From the NCBI GenBank assembly GCA_040954595.2, contig CM082590.2, forward strand, positions 9,326,088-9,390,087: DNA of 64,000 nt, read 5' to 3'. Positions 47,933 through 60,592 of this stretch are shown here, in pieces. The DNA comes from Balanoglossus misakiensis (taxonomy: Eukaryota > Animalia > Hemichordata). The notes under the pieces are model-generated. The model was not told the DNA's origin. It did not search any database and saw only the letters and a list, made by a program, of their open reading frames with translations. Both the position numbers and the translations under genes were made by a program. Numbering within the stretch: position 1 is the first letter of the stretch; each line of letters starts with the position of its first letter.

Positions 47933-48059
47933 CGGGTTGTGGTCTGGTGTTAACGGTCAGGGAATTGCGCGAAACTGCCTAACCCTAGCCCTAACGCTTA
48001 ACGAACACTAACTCTAACACTAACCAAACCCCTAACCGTTAACATGAGACCATAACCGG
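47933..48059. repeat. Degenerate interstitial telomere-like (CCCTAA) tract between imperfect inverted repeats
   Basis: CCTAACCCTAGCCCTAACGCTTAAC..CACTAACTCTAACACTAACC flanked by GGTTGTGGTCTGGTGTTAACGGT / ACCGTTAACATGAGACCATAACC. Confidence 0.7.
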
Positions 48060-48429
48060 ACCGTGTAACGGTGTATGGTCGCTGGTGTTTATGTATCCAA
48101 TGTTTCACGTGTCACGTGGATTCTTGTACTTGTTTCATTGGTGGCTGTCGTGACTGTGGAATCAAGAATCCTGGAGAACCCGTGGACCTTCAAATAAGGA
48201 AGAGTAAGTTGATGCATTATAATTGTAGCTGACTTTTACACATTACCAGTATCGTTCGTACTACCATATACTGCCTTGATAAAGGGGAGGGGCGTTTTCT
48301 GCAACCCGGAAGCACTGTGAAGAAGAGGGGGGGGGGGGGGTATTGACTATTGATTTTAAAGGAAACAGAACACATAATTCTTACATAAACAGAACAATAG
48401 ATAATTATACTAGTGTATTGTGAATGTAA

Positions 48430-51400
48430 GCATTTTCTAACCTGCCTTTTGCCATGTTTCTGTCTGCTTTGTTTCAGGAAGAACTCAATAGTCACTCCAT
48501 ATTTTTATAATTACTAGTATACATTTATTATATTGTGTTAAGTTTGAATGAGCAGCCTGTGTGTGTCTATATGTGGTAGTGAGTTTTTCTAGAAAATGAG
48601 AGTGTACTGTGAATATAATTTGTCTCTTACCAAATAATTTAGGATTCTCACAATTTTTTGTATTTTTATTTGCAGGTTGTAAATAACTTCACTTTTTAAA
48701 CCTAGGTATCCATGGAGAGATTTGACATGCTCAGTGGTTCTGTAAGTCAGAAACCATGGATACCAACCATGAATGGAAAAGGTGAGAACATTTCCTCACT
48801 CATACGACTGTTAAAGGCATTGATTCTTGATTTTAGTGAAAGCCTATCAAACAATTCTTGCATTACCAAACATTGAGACATTGTGTTTCTAACCTGGCTT
48901 TTTGCCTTTATTTGATTCTGCTTTGTTTCAGGTTGAACACACTAGTCACTTCTATTTTTCATACTTCTTTATAAATATATTTAGATATTTGTCTATTTTG
49001 TGTTTGGTTTGAATGAACAGCCTGTGTGTTGCTTGTGTATGTCTGCATGAGATTTGTGAGTTTTTTGTGAAAAACATGCCTTCAAACTTAACAACACAGG
49101 CTGTAATAATTTGTGATTCTCACAATTTATATAGTTTTATTAACATAGAAAATTATTTCTTCGTAACCTAGGTTTCCAAGGATAGGATTGACATGCTCGG
49201 TGGTTCTGTAAGTCAGAAACCATGGATACGAACCATGAATGGAAAAGGTGAGAACATTTCCTCACTCATACGACTGTTAAAGGCATTGATTCTTGATTTT
49301 ATTGAAAGCAGATCAAACAATTCTTGCATAACTCAAAGAAGAGATATTTTTCTGCTTGTGTTTTGTGAATTCAAACATTGAGACATTGTGTTTCTAACCT
49401 GGCTTTTTGCCTTTATTTGGTTCTGTCTGCTTTCTTTCAGGATGAACACAATAGTCACTTCTACATTTTATACTATTTTATAAATTTATATTGATATTTG
49501 TCTATTTTGTGTTTGGTTTGAATGAACAGCCTGTGTGTTGCTTGTGTTTGTCTGCATGGGATTTGTGAGATTTTTGTGAAAAACATTCCCTCAAGCTCAA
49601 CAACACAGGCTGTAATAATTTGTGATTCTCACAGTTTTGTTTATTTTTATTAACAGGATGAAAATGATATCACCTTGGTAACCTATGTTTTCAAGGTTTG
49701 GATTGATGTGCTCGAAACAGCAGTCAGAAACCATGGATACACGGACTATCAATGGAAAAGGTGAGAACAGTTGACCTTATTGACTCCTCAAAATGTTTTG
49801 TGAATTCATACTTGGGACATTGCATGAAGAAACAATATTATTCAAGAGAATTTACCATGATAGTGTATTTTCATTGAGACTGGTTCCTAACCTGGCTTTT
49901 TGCCTTTATTTGATTCTGCTTTGTTTCAGGATGAAAACACTAGTCACTTCTATTTTTTATACTATTTTGAAAATATTTGTCTATTTTGTGTTTGGCTTCA
50001 ATTAACAGAGTGTGTGTTGTTTGTTTATGTCTGTATGGGATTGTGAGCTTTCTAGAAAATGGGAGTGTACTGTGGATATAGTTCGAAGCCAAACACAGGC
50101 TGTAATAACTTATGATTCTCACAGTTTTGTTTGTTTTTTATTAACAGGATGGAAATGATATCACCTTGGTAACCTTGGTTTTCAATGTGTGGATTGATAT
50201 GCTCGAAACACCAGTCGGAAACCATGGATACACGGACTATCGATGGAAAAGGTGAGAACAGTTGACCTCATTGACTCCTCAAAATGTTTTGTGAATTCAG
50301 ACTTTGAGACATTGCATAAGGAAACAATATTATTCAAGAGAATTTACCATGATAGTGTATTTTCATTGAGACTGGTTTCTAACCTGGCTTTTTGCCTTTA
50401 TTTGATTCTGCTTTGTTTCAGGATGAACACGCTAGTCACTTCTATTTTTTATACTATTTTGAAAATATTTGTCTATTTTGTGTTTGGCTTCAATTAACAG
50501 AGTGTGTGTTGTTTGTTTATGTCTGTATGGGATTGTGAGCTTTCTAGAAAATGGGAGTGTACTGTGGATATAGTTCGAAGCCAAACACAGGCTGTAATAA
50601 CTTATGATTCTCACAGTTTTGTTTGTTTTTTATTAACAGGATGGAAATGATATCACCTTGGTAACCTTGGTTTTCAATGTGTGGATTGATATGCTCGAAA
50701 CACCAGTCGGAAACCATGGATACACGGACTATCGATGGAAAAGGTGAGAACAGTTGACCTCATTGACTCCTCAAAATGTTTTGTGAATTCAGACTTTGAG
50801 ACATTGCATAAGGAAACAATATTATTCAAGAGAATTTACCATGATAGTGTATTTTCATTGAGACTGGTTTCTAACCTGGCTTTTTGCCTTTATTTGATTC
50901 TGCTTTGTTTCAGGATGAACACGCTAGTCACTTCTATTTTTTATACTATTTTGAAAATATTTGTCTATTTTGTGTTTGGCTTGAATTATTAAACAGAGTG
51001 TGTGTTGTTTGTTTATGTCTGTATGGGATTGTGAGCTTTCTAGAAAATGGGATTGTACTGTGGATGTAGTTCAAATTCAAAGTAAAGCCAAACACAAGCT
51101 TTAATAACTTATGATTCTCACAGTTTTGTTTATTTTTATTAACAGGATGGAAATGATATCACCTGGGTAACCTATGTTTTCAAGGTTTGGATTGATATGC
51201 TCGAAACACCAGTCAGAAACCATGGATACGGACCATGAATGGAAAAGGTGAGAATAGTTGACCTCATTGACTCCTTAATTTCCTTACTCTCCTGCAACTG
51301 ATAACGACATTGATAAACAATGATGAGATTATTGATTTTAGTGATAGCAAATCAAAAAATCCTTGCATAACTCAAAGAAGAGATATTTCTGCTTGTTTTG

Positions 51401-51530
51401 TGAATTCAAACATTCAGACATTGTGTTTCTAACCTGGCTTTTTGCCTTTATTTGATTCTGTCTGCTTTCTTTCAGGATGAACACAATAGTCACTTCTACT
51501 TTTTATATTTTTACAAATAATATTGATAAT
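48430..51530 (+). repeat. ~450-555-bp tandem repeat (6-7 units), each with an exon-like segment
   Basis: TTCTAACCTGGCTTTTTGCCTTTATTTG recurs at ~48436, 48887, 49392, 49886, 50378, 50869, 51427; each full unit has AATGGAAAAG|GTGAGA. Confidence 0.9.
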
Positions 51531-51992
51531 GTTTGCTTGTCTTTTTTGAAAATTGTGAAATGAAAATGAATTGAAATCATAAAATATTCCATGAATCCTA
51601 ATATAATGTGACTGGTATGTTTTTTTCACAGGTATGAGATGTTCGTTTGAGCTGATGTGTGGGCCGTCCACATTCCAGACCGGAGTACCTTGTACACCAC
51701 ACAGTAGAAAAGAGTTGCTCAGTTTGAATTTGTGATTGACATTATGAATATACAGTCAGACAGCCAAGTCCTTAGTTGCGTATCGGCAGTCAACGGATAA
51801 GAGAACTGTTTCTGTCTAAAATGTATAAGACACACTCAAAAATAAATTACAAAAACTTGCACATGATTTGAAAATGTTGAATTGTTGGGAAAATAAAGAT
51901 TGCTACTTTTGGGGGTCGTTGTATTTACAAAGTCGTACTTTTGAGCTGTATTTTCAAAATGGCTCACTATGTTGTTTCATTTTCAAGCATGT

Positions 51993-52250
51993 AGTTAGTG
52001 AATGATGATGTGAGCTATAGCTGCCCAGTCATCAAGCACCCCTCCCCTCCCCCACTACATTAGTGAATGACAATGTGAGATATAGCCCCCTAGTCATCAA
52101 GCACCCCTCCCCTCCCCCACTACATTAGTGAATGATAATGTGAGGTGAGCTATAGCCCCCTAGCCATCAAGCACCCCTCCCTTCCCCCACTACATTAGTG
52201 AATGACAATGTGAGATATAGCCCCCTAGTCATCAAGCACCCCTCCCCATC
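51993..52250. repeat. ~61-66-bp minisatellite, 4 copies
   Basis: TTAGTGAATGACAATGTGAGATATAGCCCCCTAGTCATCAAGCACCCCTCCCCTCCCCCACTACA. Confidence 0.92.
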
Positions 52251-53624
52251 CCCTTCCCCCTGATCCAAATGAAACTGGTCATGGCCCCATCCAATGAAGT
52301 AGGCCAACTAATGATGTATGCTGACCAGGCAAAATTTAACAGCTAACAATTCAGTTAAGGGAATATGTAGCTTGCATGTAAAAATGAGTTTGTTCCTCGC
52401 ATATTGAAATTCTTACAAAAGTGGGTAGGTGTTGATTTTCCAGAGTCCAACAACATAAGGGACTGGTCAGTTTCTTCAACTGGGGGTAGGGGGGATTCTA
52501 TTTTGTGGATATCAAAAAGGGGTGACCCCCTCCCCCATGCCAACTTTCAAAAACTTGGCGAATAAATAACTGACAATTTGCATATATGCATAAATTTAAA
52601 AAAATAAAATAAGACATGAATAAACTAAAAATACAAGTCAAAACAATTGGCACACATAGTAAATTAAAACAAGTGAACGGTGTGGGAGGGGGTGTCCCCC
52701 TCCCGTGTTAAGTCCTCAGATGAATGTGTACAGCAGAGTAGGAATGTATTGACCACCACTTTGTATGCTTTGCCCATTCACTGCAAAAATGGAAAGCCAT
52801 GTACAGTCCAGGCCGCAATGAATACCTAAATAATAATGTCCCCTAAAAAGACAATTTCTTCCTAGTGTTATTAGACTTGCAATAATTTATTCAATCACTT
52901 TGTTTCTAGTAGACTTATAAAATAAAATGGTCAGTACATTCATTATAGCTTCGATTTGCATAATGTACAATAAATAATTTAAAAATTAAAAACTCTTGCA
53001 GAGGTTGACATTGAAAACAACTTCCAATATATTAGGCATTTGAATGCAATAAATTTGATTCTTATTCCATACTATTGTTTCCTATGCCACTTGGATTTTT
53101 TAATAAAATAAATGAAAGTATTAAAAGAAGACATTGTATGGACAGTTATTTTCATTTCACATTGGTTTTTGGAATGGAAAATAATTATTTGCATTTTAAT
53201 AATGTCTCTGGAAAATCATTGTCACAAGTGTGCTGCTACCAACATTAATATAACCACCAGCATGGTCGTCAGAAATAGGCAAGAAATTACTTATGTGCAG
53301 AGCATCTGAAACACAGTACAGCACCGAAGTTATGATGTGTTTGATAGCGCCCTCCACGGTCATATTGTAAATGAATTTGTTTTTATTGAAATAAATATAC
53401 ATGTATGGACAAATAAAAGTCTCTGGAAAATTATTGTCAAAAGTCCCTCAACCCCACTACAATTGTTAATATCACCCCCAGCGTCATGGTCATCTTCTTC
53501 ATCGCTGTCAGGCGTAATATATTATCTGTAAAGCCTCTGAAACACACAGTCAATCATTTTAAAACGTATGGCAATAGTCAATGACATGATGTGAAGAACA
53601 GCGAACTTTTCCCAAAATACAGCC

Positions 53625-55815
53625 GCGCTATCGCCCTTAGAATATGGTTTTTTGATAGTATCGCATAAACTACAGACATCTTTCTGTTGGATTTACTTTA
53701 CTATGGAAGTTACGGGTCGTAAATAAGCTCAATCTCATTGCAGCGAGCCGAAAAGTAAAGTGAAAGAACGTAATCTTATAGTTATCAATTAGTTTTCCGC
53801 CTAATTATGCAAATGACTTCGTGGCGTAATTGCTAGAGTGATTGACTTTGGTGAGAGCGGTCACGAGTTCTAATCCCACTAGGGATTCTATTTTATTTTT
53901 CTAGAGTATAGATGTGGATTGTGTTCTTCTGGATTATGATTTCCAAATAAAGTAACAAGTAAAAGCGATGTCAACGTTCAAACCGTCTTAACCGGTTAAA
54001 ATGACTATTTTCCGATATAATTTATAATTGCAATAATACGGTGTTATGAGTTGGCGCAGCCAAAGCCATATTTGTTAGGCTAAAGTTGCGTGATCTGGCT
54101 GTGTGGTCTGGTATTTGACGGACATCGTGCAAAGCGCCCTCTGGAGGGGTTCTCCCCCCCCCCCCTCCCACCAATGCGCTATAACACAGCAGGGCTAGCG
54201 TCCTTAGAAATAAGTTTTTTGATAGTATCGCACAAAGTACAGACATCTTTCTATCGAATTTATTCTACCATGGAAGTTACGGGCCGTAAATAAGCCCGTT
54301 CTCATCGTAGCGTGCCGAAAATAACTTAAGTAAACCACCAAGAGCATAGTCTATAGGTTATATCTTAGTATTCATGCAAATTATGCAAATGACTGTGTGG
54401 CGTAGTGGCTAGAGCGATTGGCTACGGTGCGAGAGGTCCCGAGTTCGATTCCCTTAAGGGATTCATTTTTATTTTCTATAGTAGACTGATGTCGATGACC
54501 ACTGCGTCTCACGTGACTAAGGAAGACGCTCATCATGGTCTCATATTCCTCCCCTTTTCCCCTCGAGTGACGTCATTGCCCCTCGATTACAGAACATTTA
54601 CATGCGACAGTCATGTGACCGACTAATTGTAAATAGCGTCTCCAGATCGGTTGTGTGTACGTGTTGCGTTGCCCAAGCACTGGTCGCGATAGCGCCCTTT
54701 GAAATAAGTTTTTTGATAGTATCGCACAAAGTACAGACATCTTTCTATCGAATTTATTCTACCATGGAAGTTACGGGCCGTAAATAAGCCCGTTCTCATC
54801 GTAGCGTGCCGAAAATAACTTAAGTAAACCACCAAGAGCATAGTCTATAGGTTATATCTTAGTATTCATGCAAATTATGCAAATGACTGTGTGGCGTAGT
54901 GGCTAGAGCGATTGGCTACGGTGCGAGAGGTCCCGGGTTCGATTCCCGGCAGTAATTTATTTATTTTTTTCTATGGTAGATTGATGTCGATGACCACTGC
55001 GTCTCACGTGACTAGGAAGACGCTCATTATAGTCTCATATTCCTCCCCTTTTTCCCCGTGACGTCATTGCACCTGGATTACGTATACAGTACATTTACAT
55101 GCGACTGTCATGTGACTGACTAATTGTCGATACCGTCTCTAGAGAGCGCTGTGCATGACCTTTAGCCTTCTGTGACGTGTGACTTGACCCAAACACAGGC
55201 GCGCTAAAGCCCTTAGAAAAATGCGTGTTTTCGACAGTAAAGTATAAACTATGAACATCTTTCTATCGAATTAACGTTACCGCCAACAGTATTGACCGAA
55301 AACAAGCTCAGTCTTCTTTTAGCATGGCGAAAAGTACTTGCTTTTACGAGATCGAGCCATCTTGTTTACATACAATTACGTTGTGGCATTCATAACTTAG
55401 ATGTTTGGTCTTCCATTCAAACATTAGCGTGGCCTAGTGGTTGGTGCCATGAACTGCCATGCGGCGGACCCGGGTTCGAGCCCCGGCAAGGGTGGGTTTT
55501 TTTTCAACCAAAGGCCAAACACAGCGCCCTCTGGTGTTGTAAACCATAGTTACCTTTGGTACTTCGATCCAGTTATTTTCCTTTTTTTTCTCTCTTAAAA
55601 CAGGAATATGCTCTTTTTATTTACTCTACCATGCATTAGAAGCTGTAAAAACCTTTTTTTCATCGAAAAATTGGCTCTAATTCGTATTCTTGACTTATTA
55701 GTAAGTGAGGTAACCAATATATAGAAGTTCCGAGCATACAGTTGCATGAAGCTCCGTGGCCTAGTGGTCAAGGTAAGTGGCTAGCAAGTGGAAGGACGCG
55801 AGATCAAGACCCGCT
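53625..55815 (+). repeat. Tandem ~500-570-bp units each ending in a tRNA-derived Pol III-type sequence
   Basis: A/B-box sequences at ~53815, 54391, 54885, 55425 and a degenerate one at ~55752; shared upstream block GCCCTTAGAAATAAGTTTTTTGATAGTATCGCA..; copies 2 and 3 are 494 bp apart and near-identical. Confidence 0.85.
54885..54970 (+). ncRNA. tRNA-like (Arg-ACG-resembling) Pol III unit, not a canonical tRNA
   Basis: A box TGGCGTAGTGG, B box/T-arm CCGGGTTCGATTCCCGG, CT-ACG-GT loop, downstream T7 run; acceptor and anticodon stems do not pair. Confidence 0.55.
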
Positions 55816-56164
55816 GGAGGACATGGTGCATATGGAGAAGACTGGACGTGGATGGAACTTGGACACAGGACGAAGATTTGCAGGTAAGTCAAAACATAGG
55901 GGAGGGGTCATGCATCAGGGGTCAATCAAAGGGGGGGAGATCATACACCGGGGATAGATAGAGGGGGGAGGCCATGCAACGAGGGGAGACACAGGGAGGG
56001 GGGCATGCAACAGGTAGGAAGGATGGGAGGGAGGGAGACAAGATGAGGAGGAGGAAGAAGGGGGGGAGACAAGATGAGGAGGAGAGAGAAGGGCGAGAGA
56101 CAAAAAATTTTCCCCAAAATTTTTTTTCCGCTTTTTTTTTGCTGATTTCAAATTTTTTTCTGGT

Positions 56165-56870
56165 GATTTTTTTTTTTATCGATGAAATTTGTCAGTTGCT
56201 CCTTTATCAGTGTGTGTACTGCATTTTACTGTACTTTTTACAGTGCAACCAGTAATTTTACAACTTTTTACATCATTTGCATTGCTTTTAGCTGTTAAAA
56301 TGGTTGAAATGACCTTAAATTTAAAAGAAATTGGTATTTTAGTGATCAAAATGGCTATTTTGGTGAAATTAGTGGAAAAGGCATGTAAATTTGGAACTTT
56401 AATGGTAAAACTGACCTTTAATTTGTGAGAAATGGGTATTTTAGTGATCGAAATGGCTTTTTTGGTGAAAATAAGGAAAAATACATGTAATTTTGGAAAA
56501 AACGGCTATTTCGGTTGAAGAAATAGCTATTTCGGATAAAATAATGAAAAAAAACATTAAATTTGGTAAGAAATGCCTATTTTTGTGAAAGAGATGCCTA
56601 TTTTGATAAAAAAAATGTTAACGGAATTTGATTTCTGGTAAAAATAATTGAAATACCTGTAATTTTGAAAGAATTGGAGTTTTTGGTAATGTAAAAATAT
56701 CTGTAATTTTGAAGGAATTGGCTGGTTTGCTTAAAACAATGAATTTTCCATTATTTTAACAGCTAAAGCAATGAAAATGTGAACAATTGCAAAATTAAAG
56801 GTTGTGCTGTAAAAGTACAGTACACACGGTGTAAAGGGCAACTGATAAATTTCATCTAGAATAAAAATAA
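56165..56870. mobile_element. Old foldback element with ~130-bp imperfect inverted arms and AT-rich degenerate internal repeats
   Basis: GATGAAATTTGTCAGTTGCTCCTTTATCAGTGTGTGTACTG..TTTAGCTGTTAAAAT mirrored by ATTTTAACAGCTAAA..CAGTACACACGGTGTAAAGGGCAACTGATAAATTTCATC. Confidence 0.7.
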
Positions 56871-57494
56871 ATTCAACTCAGACACTCACTCTCTTCATAC
56901 CGTAAGCATTGCTCTTGTAATGTAAGAGATTTTAAAATTTACAATCTGGAAAAAAACACAAACTCTATGTTTACTGTACTCTTTTTCAGATTGTAAAAGT
57001 AAAATAATCGTTTACACAACAAGCGAAGAAATGCACAATGTGACAATGAAATTCCATTTTATAGAATTTAATCTCATTTACTGATAAAAGAAATAAAGTA
57101 CAGTCACACATCATAATAAAATCAGTAAAAATCGAAAAATGAACAAATACTGCTCAAAATAACAGGTATTCTACACGTTAGCTTTCAACAGACCGGCTTA
57201 AACTCTATAAAAGTCTCTTAAACAGAAAACTACGCGAAATAACAAAGCTAAAGTGAGTTTCAACTTCAGGGAAAACTTTGAATACATCTAACACTAAGTC
57301 TGTCTACTGCACTGCGCATGCGCACCAACTAACATGCTAAAGTATAGGGCAACCAACACACGTGGGAAAGCGTCTATCACTAAGTACGTCTTTGTACTGC
57401 GCATGCGCACCAACTATCACCTCCACTGAAATTGACAACACGGAAGTAAACACGCTTAAGTATAGGGCATCCAACACTCGCGGAAAACAGCGAT

Positions 57495-60225
57495 TAAATT
57501 TCTGGAGAAGTGGCTAGTGCTTGTACTTTAACAAAAATAAAGCGTATACACATAGGGCTATATGTAGTCTACAATAAATCTTTGGATTCTACTGAAAATT
57601 TCACTTCAATCGGCGATAGGCGCTGGTGATCAGCGACGGTGGACGTGTGTAATCCTATGGAGACAGAGTCGACCGCCGCTATCAACACGTAAACAGTGGT
57701 AGAAATGGCGAAGTTCTCTGTCGATTTTCTCAGTTTTTGCTTACCAAACTTCTTTACATCAAAACAAATCGAATAGTGATAACTGCGTAAACATTTACGA
57801 GTTCTGTCTGAATTAAACAGCGAGTTTTCGTGAGTATTGTCACGGGTAGAAAAGGGGGCGTGTCACTATGGACATTGATAAACAATGGATAGCGTATACG
57901 CGTAAACAACAATGGCGTCAATGACAGAGATTTCGGATAACTTCAGAGGTCCTTCTCTCTTTTAATTTCACGATTGTAAACGTCTGTGTCATGCTGTTCT
58001 GTTTTCTGACAGTTTCTCTTTGCAACGGCAATATAAATCGTACCACACATTCACTGTAACATTGAAAATACTCACTGTTTATCTCCGCGAGTCGCGTTTA
58101 TCATGGGGGTACCTCCATGCGTCTACGGGTGACCTCGTGTCAATTTCTATTTACAATCCATTATGATGGTAGAAAATTTGACCGGATACTTCTTGTTTGA
58201 ATGTTTAAATAGTAAAAACACGGTTACTAGAAGGGCTAGCATGTTAGAAATCATGTCAGCAAACTTTGGTCTGGCTACACAGTTGCAAAAGTTATGAAAA
58301 ACGACAAGAAAGTAAGTCTATACTGAAGGATCAACACAGTCGCTGCATACTAGTAGTCAGTGTACATATGCTTTCATATGTAAATGACAACATACAGCAC
58401 TTGGCCTCAGCTATCGCTTGGCAACCCAGCACATACAGTTAGATTTTGAATTATTATCTACATATCTGGAGAAGTTGTTAGAGCTTGTACTTTAAGTAAC
58501 ATGAAGTGTATACATATCGGGCCATATTGTAGTTCAGGAAAAATCTTAGGGAAACATTGGTTTCTACAGGAAATTTCACTTCAATCGGCGATAGGCGCTG
58601 ATGATCAGCGACGGTGGACGCGTGTAATCCTATGGAGACAGAGTGAGTCGCCGATATCAACACGCAAACAGTGGCACATTAAATTTCGATTTACAGAAAT
58701 GGCAAAGTACTCCAGCTCTTAGTCTATACACTTTTCTAAATGATTATTGCATGGACATTACTTTGACACACAAAAATAGAGTCAGGAACCGGATTTTTTT
58801 GAATGAAAGTGATTTTAACTACGCGGATTTTCAACAACAGTATGATAGGAACACGGCCGCTGACGAGAGGTCGAAAGAACGCGTCACCGATTGCTCAAAT
58901 CTTCGTCGATTTCGCCAGCTTTTGCTTTTAAGTCCCCTTTAAATCAAGACGAAGCGATTAGTGATAATTTCGAACACATTTTCAACTTCGGTCTGACTTT
59001 AAACAGCGAGTTTTCGTGAGCATTGCCCTGGTAAATAAAGGGGCGTGTCACTGTGGACATTGATAAACAATGGACACCGCGTATTTTGAAATACGCTAAG
59101 TCGGGAAACCAACATCACACACAGAAAACCGGCGATTACATTTCTGGAGAAGTTGCTAGAGCTTGTACTTTGAGTTACATGAAGTGTATACATATCGGGC
59201 CATATTGTAGTTCAGGAAAAATCTTAGGGAAACATTGGTTTCTACAGGAAATTTCACATCAATCGGCGATCGGCGCTGATGATCAGCGACGGTGACGCGT
59301 GTAATCCTATGGAGACAGAGTCAGTCGCCGATATCAACGCGCAAACAGTGGCACATTAAATTTCGATTTACAGAAATGGCAAAGTACTCTAACCCTTAGT
59401 CTATACACTTTTCTAAATGATTATTGCATGGACATTACTTTGACACAAAAAATAGAGTCAGGAACCGGATTTTTTTTTGAGTGAAAGTGATTTTAAACCG
59501 TGGATTTTCAAGAACAGTATCATAGACGTCCATGATAGGAACACGGCCGCTGACGAGAGGTCGAAAGAACGCGTCACCGATTGCTCAAATCTTCGTCGAT
59601 TTCGCCAGTTTTTGCTTTAAAGTCATCTTTAAATCAAAACAAAGCGATTGGTGATAATTTCGCACACATTTACAGCTTCGGTCTGAATTAAACAGCGAGT
59701 TTTCGTGAGTATTGCCACTGGTAAGTAAAGGGGGCGTGTCACTGTGGACATTGATAAACAATGGACACCGCGCATTGAAATACGCTAAGTCGGGAAACCA
59801 ACATCACACACAGAAAACCAGCGATTACATTTCTGGAGAAGTTGCTAGAGCTTGTACTTTAAGTTTCATGAAGTGTATACATATCAGGCCATATTGTAGT
59901 GCAGGAAAAATCTTAGGGAAACATTGGTTTCTCCAGGAAATTTCACTTCAATCGGCGATCGGCGCTGATGATCAGCGACGGTGACGCGTGTAATCCTATG
60001 GAGACAGAGTCAGTCGCCGATATCAACACGCAAACAGCGGCACATTAAATTTCGATTACAGAAACGGCAAAGTACTCCAGCCCTTAGTCTATACACTTTT
60101 CTAACTGATTATTGCATGGGCCTAACTTTTACACAAAATATAGGGTCAAGAACCAGAAATATTTCGAATGAAAGTGACTTTAAACACGTGGATTTTCAAC
60201 ATGAGTATCAATGGACGCCAATGAA
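57495..60225. repeat. ~680-690-bp tandem repeat, ~4 copies (first diverged, last partial)
   Basis: TCTGGAGAAGTTGCTAGAGCTTGTACTTT at ~57502, 58465, 59143, 59832; AATCGGCGATAGGCGCTGATGATCAGCGACGG and GGGGCGTGTCAC recur. Confidence 0.9.
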
Positions 60226-60592
60226 ATAATGTTCTTAGTCTGGAGTTAGGTTTTTACGTCATCCTGTATATATATATTTTTAATTTATGAAGCTGGAAAT
60301 TGTTTCACCACTAACAATTTTCTGAACAAATTTGGTTGACATAACAGTTTTCAATGGCTCATTACTCCAAAACACTGTTAAATTTTTTTCTTAAATGTTA
60401 GCGATAGATCTATATTTGCGTATATCATGAGATTTGGTATGATTGACCTTATTTTTTTCCAAAATGTCCTAAAAATTTAAACCTCCAGAGAGCATTTGCC
60501 CACTTTATTAACAACCTCAGCAGAACATTGGGGTCCTAGCCTTATAAGTTTTGACATTTCAGCCCTGTTTATCTGGCTGTATTTTCTTTTAC

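Noticed and set aside
53815-55815. Functional tRNA gene cluster
   Set aside because: Acceptor and anticodon stems do not pair; only promoter boxes and T arm persist
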